From Macrostomum lignano (Eukaryota), in the NCBI GenBank assembly GCA_002269645.1, contig NIVC01003259.1:1-64000 (forward strand): a DNA stretch of 64,000 nt. Reading direction: 5' to 3'. The notes under the pieces are model-generated. The model was given only the letters and a program-made list of their open reading frames with translations, was not told where the DNA came from and searched no databases. How positions within the stretch are numbered: the stretch's first letter is position 1; every line of letters begins with the position of its first letter. A program made the position numbers and the translations under genes. This document shows, piece by piece, positions 22,076 to 31,576 of this stretch.

Positions 22076-22469
22076 CGGAGGCAGGAGAAATGGGTCGGGC
22101 AAGCCCAGGAGTGGGGTCGGGCAGGCCGGTCGAGCAGGCCAGATGAGGGTTCGGGCAGCCGAGTGTCTGGTTGAGTGTCCAAGGGTGGGTATCGAGGTGT
22201 GAATGAGTGTCCATTGGCGAGTGTCCTCCTACCGCGTGTGGTGACACGCAACACAGAGTTTCAATGTGATCCGGTAGAGTGTCCGATTGCTTGGAATTTC
22301 CGAGTAGAGAGGGGAAGGGATTCTATTGGTCGATAGGTCCCTGGCGAACGATTTGGTTTGGACCCTGCGGGAGAAGGGCCCCAGTACCCTTTATAAACAA
22401 AGCACCTGGGACTCAGTAGACCCCATAGATTTTTTATTTATTTTAGATTAAATTAAAAATACAACGAAA

Positions 22470-23240
22470 TTGCAAATAACTTGCGACTTTTGCGAGTCAT
22501 CAGTAATCGGGGGCATTGAGGAGCACTATGCGGTAGGTCCTGCGATACCAGCACTGTTTGAGTCAGATGACTCCCCAAAGATTCATTTTCAACTGATTAA
22601 GGAGGCGTTTAATGGCAGGTCCCAACTTTACCGGGCCAGTGCATGCGGCGACCCGATGAATGTTTTGGAAAACACTCGTCAAGCTTTCATTGACTTGATC
22701 ACCCAGCATCAACGTGAGCCAGGAACCGCCATCAAAGTTCAGCTGCGCCTCGGGGTCCTGATGCAGCGCATCATTAATGGTAGCTGCGCCGCCGAGAACA
22801 CCGCCTGGTTTGCTGCTAAGGTCCACTCTCTTCTCCAGAGTGAGGAGGAGTACTACTTCTCTGACGACATGCAGACTATCCTCAACCGGATAGAGAAGTA
22901 CCTACGCAATGCCAGTGGCTGGGTAATCAGGGCCACTCGGTGTGTTGACGTGTCAACCGCAAGTTATTATCTACCGCATGGAGCGTCGTGCAAAAGGCCA
23001 AGAATGAGTTCAAGAAAGACTGCAACAAGCTGCTAAACAACTCCCTGTAGACCATCGAGTATGTTCGCAAGCAAGTGGACTACGTGCTGGTTTATTCAGC
23101 AGGGAAGCCTGTGGCCAAGCCGATGTTCCGTGATCAGATGATTTTCAATGGGGATTTAGCTCTAGTGCACATTCTCAAGACGAATGTTGTGCTCGACAGG
23201 CTAGTGTATATCGGCCAGTGCGATCTGTCTGGACACTAGC
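22470..23240 (+). pseudogene. Protein-primed DNA polymerase B relic with a large internal deletion
   Basis: N-terminal KVQLRL..IEKYLRNASGWVI (homologous to 58641..59309) is joined near 22990 to palm-region NEFKKDCNKLLNNSL*TIEYVRKQVD..KPMFRDQMIF..KTNVVLDRLVYIG. Confidence 0.8.
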
Positions 23241-23399
23241 AAGCTCTTTTTCTCACATTTTTTCTTTGTAAAAATCTGATTTAAAACAACTATATGCATG
23301 TAAATTTAATACGAACATACTATATTTTGAATAATAATAAATACAAGCTTTACTCTATGATATTTAATACGCAGAAATAGAGAAAAATACTCTTTCACA

Positions 23400-23760
23400 A
23401 GAATATTTTTGCCATAATTAGTCATTTTTTGTGCACAGCTCTGGGGTAAAATCCCCATTGAAATGTATTTATTTTATCCACAAGTATGTAAGTTTTCGTG
23501 CACAGTGATTAAAAGTGCGCAATATGACGTGACTTTTTTGACAACATCCGTCAATTTTCATGCACAGGTTCGAGTAAAAATCCCTATTTAAATACATGTA
23601 TTTTGTGCACAAGTATGCAAGTTTTCGTGCACAGTGTTAAAAAGTATGCAAAGTGTCGAGGTTTTTCGTGCACACATTCGGGAAAAAATTCCCATTGAAA
23701 TGTATGTATTTTATGCAAAAATGCATGATTTTTCGTGAACAACAGAAGCTAGAAACGCTA
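23400..23760. repeat. AT-rich degenerate tandem repeat (TTTTCGTGCACA and AAATCCCCATTGAAATG motifs, ~110-130-bp period)
   Basis: Motifs recur at ~23427/23494/23556/23601/23623/23663 and 23449/23578/23688. Confidence 0.6.
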
Positions 23761-24117
23761 AATCCGCAGAAATGGGTGGGGTGGGTAGTTTTTTTTTCAA
23801 GCCAGGTGTTTGACATAAGAAAATGATAGGTACTAGAAATTTGGTAAAGTGAAAAAGAAAAAGGCAATTTCCAAACTTCTGCGAGGTGCTTATTTTGACT
23901 GCAGTAGACCGGGCAGCTATGGCGGCTATCAGGCATTGAAACGAGAGTTGCACAAACAGCACGGACCCAAGTTTAGTGTAGGGCAGGTATGCATATACGA
24001 TATACTCCTGAACCAATGATTTTCTAGAAAATTCCAGCTTAGGCTTTTAGTTTTATCCACTAGCTAGCAATTTCCAGTTTTTACAATTAAAGGTAAAAAC
24101 GTGGCTCCAAGACCAAG

Positions 24118-25068
24118 ATGTCTACCACACTGCATAGAGATAAACGCAAAAACTTTCGTCGAGCGCCGATTGTGGTGCGGGGCATGGATGACCAGTGGGA
24201 ACTGGACCTGGTTGAAATGCTGCCGTTCGCCAAGTACAATGGCGGCGTACGATATATTCTATGCTGCATTGATGTGCTCAGCAAGTTTGCCTGGGCTCAG
24301 CCAGTGCGCCGCAAGACAGCCGATGAGGTTGCAGCCGGATTCGAAGCGATCCTAAATCGAGCTCACTCTCGATGCCCACGAGCAGTTCGGACCGACCGTG
24401 GAAAAGAGTTTTGCAACACCCAGTTCCGAGCCCTCTGCGTAAACCACAAAATTCATGCATTCACATCAACTAGTGACCAGAAATGCGCAGTCATTGAGAG
24501 ATGGAACCGCACACTGAAATCCCGAATGTGGCGGTACTTCCGTCACAAGTCAACATTAACCTGGACCGATGTGCTTCAACCCTTAGCAAAGGCATACAAC
24601 CAGAGTATTCATCGGAGTATTCAAAGCCGACCAGTTGATGTCGACAAGTCAAACGAGATGGAAATTTGGCACCGGCTTTACTATGGGAAGCTTCCTGAGA
24701 CTCGTGAAAAGGTCTCCAGACCAAAGTTCAAGGCAGGAATGATGGTGCGAATCTCTCTTCGCAATCCGACCAACCCATTCACCAAGGGATACACAAGGGG
24801 ATGGAGTGAGGAAGTATTTGAAGTCAAGTCCCTCCACCCCAAGCATTATCCATACATGTACACTCTGATCGATGCCCGAGGAGAAGAGTTGGAAGGCAAG
24901 TTTTACGAGCCGGAAATGCAGCAGGTGACTGGAAACAAGAAGCTGTGGATCATCGACAAGGTTCTCAACATTAAGAAGCTGAAGAGTGGAAAGATTCGGT
25001 ATTTGGTTCAGTGGCGCGATTTAGAAAAACCCAGTTGGATTGACGAAAAAGACTTAAGAAAAATATGA
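24118..25068 (+). CDS. Polinton retroviral-type (rve) integrase with a C-terminal chromodomain-like segment
   Basis: DQWELDLVEM, CCIDVLSKFAW, VRTDRGKEF, AVIERWNRTLK (DDE); C-terminal IDKVLNIKK..RYLVQWRD..PSWI. Confidence 0.95.
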   Translation: MSTTLHRDKRKNFRRAPIVVRGMDDQWELDLVEMLPFAKYNGGVRYILCCIDVLSKFAWAQPVRRKTADEVAAGFEAILNRAHSRCPRAVRTDRGKEFCNTQFRALCVNHKIHAFTSTSDQKCAVIERWNRTLKSRMWRYFRHKSTLTWTDVLQPLAKAYNQSIHRSIQSRPVDVDKSNEMEIWHRLYYGKLPETREKVSRPKFKAGMMVRISLRNPTNPFTKGYTRGWSEEVFEVKSLHPKHYPYMYTLIDARGEELEGKFYEPEMQQVTGNKKLWIIDKVLNIKKLKSGKIRYLVQWRDLEKPSWIDEKDLRKI

Positions 25069-25847
25069 AAAGGCAAAGATTTCAAGTAATGTCCGGCCCC
25101 GATGATGACCCGGCCAACTTTACTGCTGAGCTGCTGCATCCTGTGCTGCTGGAATCTGCTTTGGATTATGAGTTGGCTCTGCTTGGAATCAGTTTTATCA
25201 ACTGCATCTACACCATCCCTCATCCATTGTCGCTATATTATCAGCTTGAGGGTTCAATGCAATGTGCTGAAATTCCGGCTGGCAGCTACAATGACTTGAA
25301 TGAGCTGATTGATGCAGTAAATGCCCTACTGATTGTGAAAGATTTTGATGAGTCTGGAATTGGCGAAACACCTATAAATGTGCATCTAATTAAATTTACC
25401 CTTGATTCAGTTAGCCATCATGTATACTATCAAATGGCTGGGATCTGTGAGAGATTTATCTTTCCAGAAAACAGCCAGCTGGGGAAAATCTTTGGTGCTG
25501 CGCAGACAACCTATAGCGAGCAGGCAGGATGCTTTGAACGACCTGGCATGAACCCGGCCTGGAATACGGATTTGCTGCTTGTTGAGTGCGATCAGATTAG
25601 CCCGCGCTGTATTGGAAATCAGTTTACTCCAGCACTGCAGACTTTGAATATTGGTTGTCTTTTGCAGGGTCACCGGTCGGAACTCATCTATAAGAATAAG
25701 CTGTTCTTCCCAATAGCAGCAAACCACCGCTTAACGCACATGCAAATACGGCTACGACTGATCAACTGTATCGAATCTATTCGATTACTCTTTGGACCCA
25801 CAGTCTTGACTTTTGAGCTACGTGAGTCATGGACATTCGACAAGTGA
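25065..25847 (+). CDS. Polinton minor capsid protein (penton-like)
   Basis: NFTAELLHPVLL..YELALLGISF..IPAGSYNDLNELID..LLVECDQISPRCIGNQFTPAL. Position between integrase and MCP; ATGA overlap with the integrase stop. Confidence 0.75.
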   Translation: MKRQRFQVMSGPDDDPANFTAELLHPVLLESALDYELALLGISFINCIYTIPHPLSLYYQLEGSMQCAEIPAGSYNDLNELIDAVNALLIVKDFDESGIGETPINVHLIKFTLDSVSHHVYYQMAGICERFIFPENSQLGKIFGAAQTTYSEQAGCFERPGMNPAWNTDLLLVECDQISPRCIGNQFTPALQTLNIGCLLQGHRSELIYKNKLFFPIAANHRLTHMQIRLRLINCIESIRLLFGPTVLTFELRESWTFDK

Positions 25848-25859
25848 CCGAGTTTTATC

Positions 25860-26092
25860 GAGGCAGTTGCTTCAAACTTTCTCATGGGCACGGATATCCC
25901 ACATCGCTGCTATCTCGACTGCCCCCTGAGACTCATGAAAATGCAGTTCTCCTTTCCCTCATACCACCTCCATCGCAGAAAAAACATAAGAAGACGCCAA
26001 AAATCAAACCAAAGAAGAGCAAGCCAGTGCCCACAAAAAAGCGCAAGATATCATACAAAACAGTCAACCGAGTGCTCGATTCACTCTCATAA
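25860..26092 (+). pseudogene. Small Lys-rich Polinton ORF remnant (possible core/DNA-binding protein)
   Basis: ..HGHGYP..PSQKKHKKTPKIKPKKSKPVPTKKRKISYK..; no clear ATG. Confidence 0.35.
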
Positions 26093-27363
26093 TGTATCGG
26101 ACAAATCCACGGCTCAACCTGTTTGAGCCAAAGAAGCATGAAATTGGAGTGGATAGGTCTCACTTCATGGACTTTCGTCCCATCGGCAGTCTCACGACTC
26201 CTGATGCACCGATTGAATTCGACTGCCACGCCTCCTCTGAGGACTACACCGATCTGCACGCCACAGTGCTGCAAGTCACTTGCCGGATAACTCGTGTGAT
26301 AAACAATGCAGAGCTGACTAATGAAGATGATGCCCATGTCGGACTATCGAATCTCCCGCTTGCCAGCCTGTTTCGTGATGTCACTGTAAAACTCAACCAG
26401 AGGGTTGTGGGTAGTGGGGACCAGCTCTACCCATATCGAGCAATGCTTCAAGTGCTGACCAGCAGCAATGCCAACCTGCTTCAAGAACTGGCGGCCGCAG
26501 GTTATTATCCAGACACCGCTGGAGAGAGTGACACCATTGGGGAGCAAAATCATGGATTCACAAATCGTGCGAGATTGCATGAGGCTTCTGCTGTTGTGCA
26601 ATATGCCGGCCCGTTGTTTTCAGACATTTTCTCAATCCGGCAGAATCTGCTAAACCAAATCAGCCTGCAGGTCAAACTGACCCGGCATTGCAGCGCTTTT
26701 TCATTGATGGTACCCAATAATGGAGTTCAATATCGTATTGAAGTCGACAATGCTATTCTGCTTTTGAGGCGTCTCCGAGTAAACCCAACAGTGGCTCTCG
26801 CACATGAACAGGGGCTCTCACAGCGTAATGCTCTCTACCACTTTGATAGAAGAGAGCTTCAGACATTCACATTTTCCGTTGGGACAAGAAACAAGAGTCT
26901 CGATTCAATCACGCATGGTCAGCTGCCAAAATTTGTGCTCCTTGGAATGGTCAGCCAGACAGCTTTCAATGGATCTCTGCACCACAACCCGTTTTGGTTC
27001 CAAGCATTTGGATTGAATAGTTTAAGCCTGTTTGTCAATGGAGAGCCAATTACTGGGCAGCCCATAGAACCACAGGAGCAGCACTCATCCGAATTTTTGC
27101 AGTTTGCCCGCAGTCTCGGTGGAAACTATTGCATGGGCTTTGATGAATTTCGAAATAGTGCCTATTTGCTTGCGTTTGACCTTAGTCCAAGTGGCGATGA
27201 AGTAGGCAGCTGGTTTGGTCATAGGCAGGGTCAACTACGACTGGATATTCGCTTTTCCAACGCTCTCGCACAGCCAGTCACACTCATCTGCTTGTGCGTG
27301 TATGATTCATGCATGGAAATCACTAAAGAGAGAGATGTGCTGCTGGATTATCGCAGAGCATGA
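26092..27363 (+). CDS. Polinton major capsid protein (double jelly-roll), type 1
   Basis: LNLFEPK..DFRPIGSL..PIEFD..DYTDLHATVLQV..LASLFRDVTVKLNQ..YPYRAMLQVL..GQLPKFVLLGMV..NGSLHHNPF..LLAFDLSP..GQLRLDIRF..LLDY. Intact 423 aa. Confidence 0.92.
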   Translation: MYRTNPRLNLFEPKKHEIGVDRSHFMDFRPIGSLTTPDAPIEFDCHASSEDYTDLHATVLQVTCRITRVINNAELTNEDDAHVGLSNLPLASLFRDVTVKLNQRVVGSGDQLYPYRAMLQVLTSSNANLLQELAAAGYYPDTAGESDTIGEQNHGFTNRARLHEASAVVQYAGPLFSDIFSIRQNLLNQISLQVKLTRHCSAFSLMVPNNGVQYRIEVDNAILLLRRLRVNPTVALAHEQGLSQRNALYHFDRRELQTFTFSVGTRNKSLDSITHGQLPKFVLLGMVSQTAFNGSLHHNPFWFQAFGLNSLSLFVNGEPITGQPIEPQEQHSSEFLQFARSLGGNYCMGFDEFRNSAYLLAFDLSPSGDEVGSWFGHRQGQLRLDIRFSNALAQPVTLICLCVYDSCMEITKERDVLLDYRRA

Positions 27364-27833
27364 ATTCCGAAGAGTTGGAAGCGTTCATTTCTCGCTGCTC
27401 CACAGCTGTGCGGGATGCCTATTGCGGAATTTTTACAGTTGGAACAGTGACACCATTTTTTCGATTCAACCTGCCGACCCTGCTGCTTCATTTTGTATGA
27501 GCCATGGAATGATGAGTGCGGTCACTGGATTGCTGGAGTAGTAACCAGTAAAGTGCATTGTGAAATTTTCAACTCTTTGGGAGGCTTGAGTAAAAATATG
27601 AAGAGCTGGTTAAAGAAAACGAAACAACGCGGATGGTGCTACAATGGAATACGGTCCCTGTTCAGCCTAGTTCGTCAACTCTATGCGGCTGGTATTGCAT
27701 TTTTTACTTGATCCATCGACTACATAAGAGAATGTCGTATAATGCCTTGTTCATCAAGGTTTTGCACCCGGCAGCTGTGGCTCAAAACGATGCAATCATA
27801 CTCAGACTCAAAAATAAGTTGCAAGGTGTTTGA
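27360..27833 (+). pseudogene. Adenain-like cysteine protease, two frameshifts
   Basis: MNSEELE.. / GHWIAG..EIFNSLG / PVQPSSSTLCGWYCIFYL in three frames (His, Gln, Cys motifs). Confidence 0.85.
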
Positions 27834-28391
27834 TTCCAGACTGCGGATGGGCAGCTGCATGATGGTTTCGGGCCCTTCTCGAGCGGGAAAATCAACATTC
27901 TGTTTGCGGCTGCTGTCCCAACGACTGCTTCTGTTCGACCACTCCCAAGCGGATGATTTGGTATCATGGATGCCCGCAGCCGCAACTCCACGCGACTCTG
28001 CGGCGGCTAGGCATGCAAGTATGTGAAGGATTGTCGAATTTGGATCTGCAGCCCCATGACCTGATTGTGATTGACGATTTACTGGATGAAGCAGCTGCAA
28101 GTCGAGAGCTACGACATCTGTTCACCCGTGAGGCCCACCACAAGCCCTGCTTTGTCATTCTCATCACGCAAAATCTATTTTTACAACCCCAGAGACACCT
28201 CTGCGGTCCAAGCTTTAAGTCAGCAATGCTTTCCCAAACGGCGCACTCTGCTAGTAGAACTGATAGATCGATTGGTGCGAGATGGAGATCAGCGCTATCT
28301 GCTGCTTGATTTTCACCCCGCTTCACTCCATGAACTGCGCCTGAGAGCCAATTTTCTCCCCGATGAGGCCCCGCAGCGAGTTTATCTATAA
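27826..28391 (+). pseudogene. A32/FtsK-like packaging ATPase, frameshifted
   Basis: Walker A SGPSRAGKST; Walker B LIVIDDLLDE; FTREAHH..ITQNLF; NPRD..RYLLLDFHP..LRLRANF, spread over three frames. Confidence 0.9.
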
Positions 28392-28421
28392 GAATGGCTC
28401 AGTCTCTGCACTGGGTTAAAC

Positions 28422-28754
28422 ATGGATAAACACATTGCACTAATAACTGTCTTTTGTGAGGGCACTATATCCTTGCGTCGCTGCATACTTACCTATGCAA
28501 ATAAAAGCACCATGTGCTTTTTGGTCGAGTGTATTATCAACTTACTAGCAGGAAAAGTTGGCTGTGAAGATAGCTTGAAGCGGAGACTCAGGCGATATCG
28601 AAATACTCTCCGGCTTGTTGCACAAAGCAAAAGTGTGAAAGAGGCTCGGCGTAATCTCTCACACCCGCATATCCTTCGTTGTCTTCTTCTGATTCTCACC
28701 TGTATAAAAAGACATGTACAAGGAAATGATACTGGTACCCCGGTTGCAGTATGA
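28422..28754 (+). CDS. Conserved small basic Polinton protein
   Basis: RRCILTYANK..LVECIINLLAGKV..LRRYRNTLRLVA pattern recognised from Polinton accessory ORFs; name not assigned. Confidence 0.6.
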   Translation: MDKHIALITVFCEGTISLRRCILTYANKSTMCFLVECIINLLAGKVGCEDSLKRRLRRYRNTLRLVAQSKSVKEARRNLSHPHILRCLLLILTCIKRHVQGNDTGTPVAV

Positions 28755-29166
28755 GGCACTTGTGAATCAGAGGGGCATGGAGACAGTCTGTGAACCCGAG
28801 CTAGAGGCGGAAAAACAGTTGCGCAAGATTAGGGACGAGCGTTGCGTGCAGCAGCTGCAGGCAAGTGCGACCCAAGAACAGTCTCCAGTAATTCACAAAG
28901 AACCGCAGTGGAAGGAGGTGTTATATCTGACGGTGAATCAGAAATGGCATCATCGTCTGCAGGCATTGATTAGCTTCATAACCGTAAAGTGCAAGTCGAT
29001 TAGCATAGATGATGCATATGAATTTTCTGTCAATGGTAAACCGTTGTACAACTCAAATATCGTGGACCTGCTGCATTTCATAGTTAAAGATACGTACTCT
29101 AAGTACCTTCAGCCACCGAATGGGATTAATGAGTTTTTGTTACGTGTCTTCAAGAAAACCACGTGA
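28714..29166 (+). CDS. Conserved Polinton hypothetical protein (possibly truncated)
   Basis: MILVPRLQYEAL..; EFSVNGKPLYNSNIVDLL..PNGINEFL pattern. Confidence 0.55.
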   Translation: MYKEMILVPRLQYEALVNQRGMETVCEPELEAEKQLRKIRDERCVQQLQASATQEQSPVIHKEPQWKEVLYLTVNQKWHHRLQALISFITVKCKSISIDDAYEFSVNGKPLYNSNIVDLLHFIVKDTYSKYLQPPNGINEFLLRVFKKTT

Positions 29167-29290
29167 CTCTGTCTGCAGTTGGTCTGAACACTACAAAATT
29201 GCTGGAAAAGCCTCGGGAAGAAAAGTCCAGTCCTAAAAAACCTCGACTGCAAGGCTATAAGAAGACTCAGTCTCAGAAAGGATACGGCAA

Positions 29291-29745
29291 GTGGATCAAG
29301 TGGCCAAGATGATTGTCATTGATTTTGAAGGATTTCCGCACCTATACAAAACAGAGGACTTTGTGATTAAGGAAATTGCATGGGTTGAGTTTGCATGCGG
29401 TCAAACGACGGCTCATTACTATTGCTACCGACCGCCGCACAGCTTTGAGCTCTTTGATAGAGGACAGCGACGAACCTGCTACTGGCTCACCAATAAGCGG
29501 CACGGTCTAGACTGGGACAGGAGTGGGTTCCGACCCTACTCTTGTCTCTGGAGCGATATCTCTCATTTGCAAGGCCCGATATTTAGCAAAGGGGATGTCA
29601 AGTGCCAGTTCCTATCGCGTCTGCTGCTACAGCCTGTCTACGACCTAGCACACCTGGCCTTTCCGAGTGCCTCAAAGTACGTGCTACCCTGCGCCCTGGC
29701 CAAGGTGGCGCTGTACGCTGATTGGCTGCGGCCTCGCGGCTACGG
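29291..29745 (+). CDS. DEDD-like 3'-5' exonuclease-type accessory protein (ORF runs on to 30061)
   Basis: IVIDFEGF..FVIKEIA..HGLDW..IFSKGDVKCQFL..VYDL..CALAKV. The likely natural end is near 29745. Confidence 0.6.
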
Positions 29746-29756
29746 GTCTATAAAAG
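29721..29756 (+). promoter_or_regulatory. Candidate Pol II promoter of the TBP-like gene: reverse CCAAT (ATTGG 29721-25) + TATAAAAG (29749-56)
   Basis: Consensus TATA box ~46 nt upstream of ATG 29802. Confidence 0.45.
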
Positions 29757-29801
29757 TAGCGATCTGCAGCAGGCACTGGCATTTCTCTCGATTGTCTAAA
29801 G

Positions 29802-30387
29802 ATGGTCGCAACAATTCGCCTGACAAACATCGTGACAGGAGCCGACCTGGCGACCCGGGTGGGTCTGCCTCAACTATCGAATTTCCTGACTCTTCATCTG
29901 CCTCAGTATCACACAATCCGCCATCGCCTGGTTCATCCTCGAACACTGGCAGTGGTGATGAAGAGCGGGCAGCATCGAGTAACCGCGCTGGTGTATCCGA
30001 CCGGACAAGTGTCTGTCTGTGGAGCCAAAAGCATGGAGGAGGCTCTCGCAGAGACGGATAAGATTGTGAAGCTGTGTGCGGACTTCTTGCGATTGACCAG
30101 TCTGCCCCAGATTCGCATCAAGACTATTACCTCTGTGACGGGCTTTCCCGCGGGTCGGCATCCACTCCGGTTGGGGAAAGTCAAGTCTAAATGGCCGCAT
30201 CGGGCCACCTACGAGCCGGAAATGTTTAACGGACTTGTGCTCGAGTTTACTGATTTTGTTTCATTCGTATCGTTGTATAATAGCTGGTGCTCGCAGCGTG
30301 GTTGAGGCTCAGACTGCAGCTGATGCCCTCTCCCGCATTTTGCATGCAGACCAAGCATCCGAACCTACTTTGCTGGACTCTGACTGA
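29802..30387 (+). pseudogene. TATA-binding-protein-like (TBP/TRF fold) gene with one frameshift near 30280
   Basis: IRLTNIVTGADL..RVGL (TBP IQNIVATVNL..LDL); TALVYPTGQVSVCGAKS (TALIFxSGKxVxTGAKS); ATYEPEMFNGLV (SYEPELFPGLI); second-frame tail IIAGARSVVEA..* (IVLTGAK). Confidence 0.85.
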
Positions 30388-30856
30388 GCTCCTCTACGGC
30401 ATAACAGTAGTAGTGAGATCTGCCTATGCACTGAGTAATAAAAATAATAATGTTTTTGGTGTTACTTTACTTATGTATTTTTTGTGTACAAAAGATAAGA
30501 AAAAATAAACGCGAATGCGACTATAGTGCTTGTACAAAAATGCTTACGAAAATGAAATTTTTTTGTTTATTTTATTGGCAGGTCCATGGATTGCAAAGCA
30601 TAAAATTACATGTTAAAAGCTCGTTTTAGCACAAAAAAGTTTACGAAGAATGGAAGGACAGTATTAAGGCCCGTCGCGTGTAATTACAAAAACAGTATTA
30701 TCGCCCGGAATCAAAGCATGATGGGGCAATATTATGGCCAGTATTGACAAAGCAATATATACAACAGTGCATAATCAGTACTAATGGTTCAAAACTATAT
30801 TTAAAAAATTTAATTGACGAAATGACCAGTTGTCGCTTCATGCATTGCGCGTCGCT

Positions 30857-31522
30857 TCATTGGTGGCTGGTGGCATGAAGGCTGTTGGTTCTTATCAGCT
30901 GTTGATGGCTCTTCCAGAGTTCTTTCAGCCTGAACTGCCTGGAAGGCCTCCAGTGGTCGTCCCACTCTGCCGGCTGCCTGTCAGGTACTTGCATCAGTTG
31001 GTCGAGTGTAAGCCTTGCTGCCCATGCTGCACACTCTTCAGGCTCCGTAGGGTGGTATCCCATCCACCATGGATCGCCGATCGGTGGCTCGACCGGAGGC
31101 TCTCGCTTGTCATTTTGTCTAGGACCCATTGCTTTTGAGCCCAGACTTCGCGCCAAAGTGTAGTAGGAAGCGGTAAGGCGTGCCTTATGTGCACCGGCGG
31201 TCCGAGTACAGTTGGAAGGCGCCAGAGTGTGATTACGCCATTTTGCATATTGGTGTAGCCATTTTGCATATTTGCACTTGTTGGTGTAGCCACCCAGAAG
31301 GCATTGCGCATCGATACACTTTCTTGCAAACTCTTCCAGTCGTTCCTTCAGGCTGCCTAAGTGGCAAAACTGGTGGACGGTGAGCTCCATGCCAGGCAGA
31401 CCTGGTCGATACTCTTCATCAAATTTGTACCACTTTCTGATGCTGATGCACTTCGAGTGCGACCTGACGCCGATTCGAAATCTGTTCGATAATGTCTTGA
31501 AGTTCATTTTGTTCACTGTCAA
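30857..31522 (-). CDS. PC4/Sub1-like ssDNA-binding / coactivator domain protein
   Basis: SNRFRIGVRSHSKCISIRKWYKFDEEYRPGLPGMELTVHQFCHL matches the PC4 pattern [20 protein letters not shown]..EMKPGRKGISLNxEQWxQL. ATG at 31507; TATATAA on the minus strand at 31563-31557. Confidence 0.7.
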   Translation of the reverse strand: MTVNKMNFKTLSNRFRIGVRSHSKCISIRKWYKFDEEYRPGLPGMELTVHQFCHLGSLKERLEEFARKCIDAQCLLGGYTNKCKYAKWLHQYAKWRNHTLAPSNCTRTAGAHKARLTASYYTLARSLGSKAMGPRQNDKREPPVEPPIGDPWWMGYHPTEPEECAAWAARLTLDQLMQVPDRQPAEWDDHWRPSRQFRLKELWKSHQQLIRTNSLHATSHQ

Positions 31523-31576
31523 AAACTGTGAGCTTTCCTTCCGGTTGTGCGCGAGATTATATACGACGGGAGTTGG

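Noticed and set aside
19670-22254. Long Pro/Cys/Gly-rich ORFs (e.g. 19670..20470, 21635..22174 and mirrors at 36261..37353)
   Set aside because: They arise from GC-rich tandem repeats, with overlapping ORFs on both strands and no domain motifs.
29745-30061. C-terminal extension of the nuclease ORF as a real domain
   Set aside because: It overlaps the TBP-like gene in another frame and is low-complexity; likely read-through after a lost stop.
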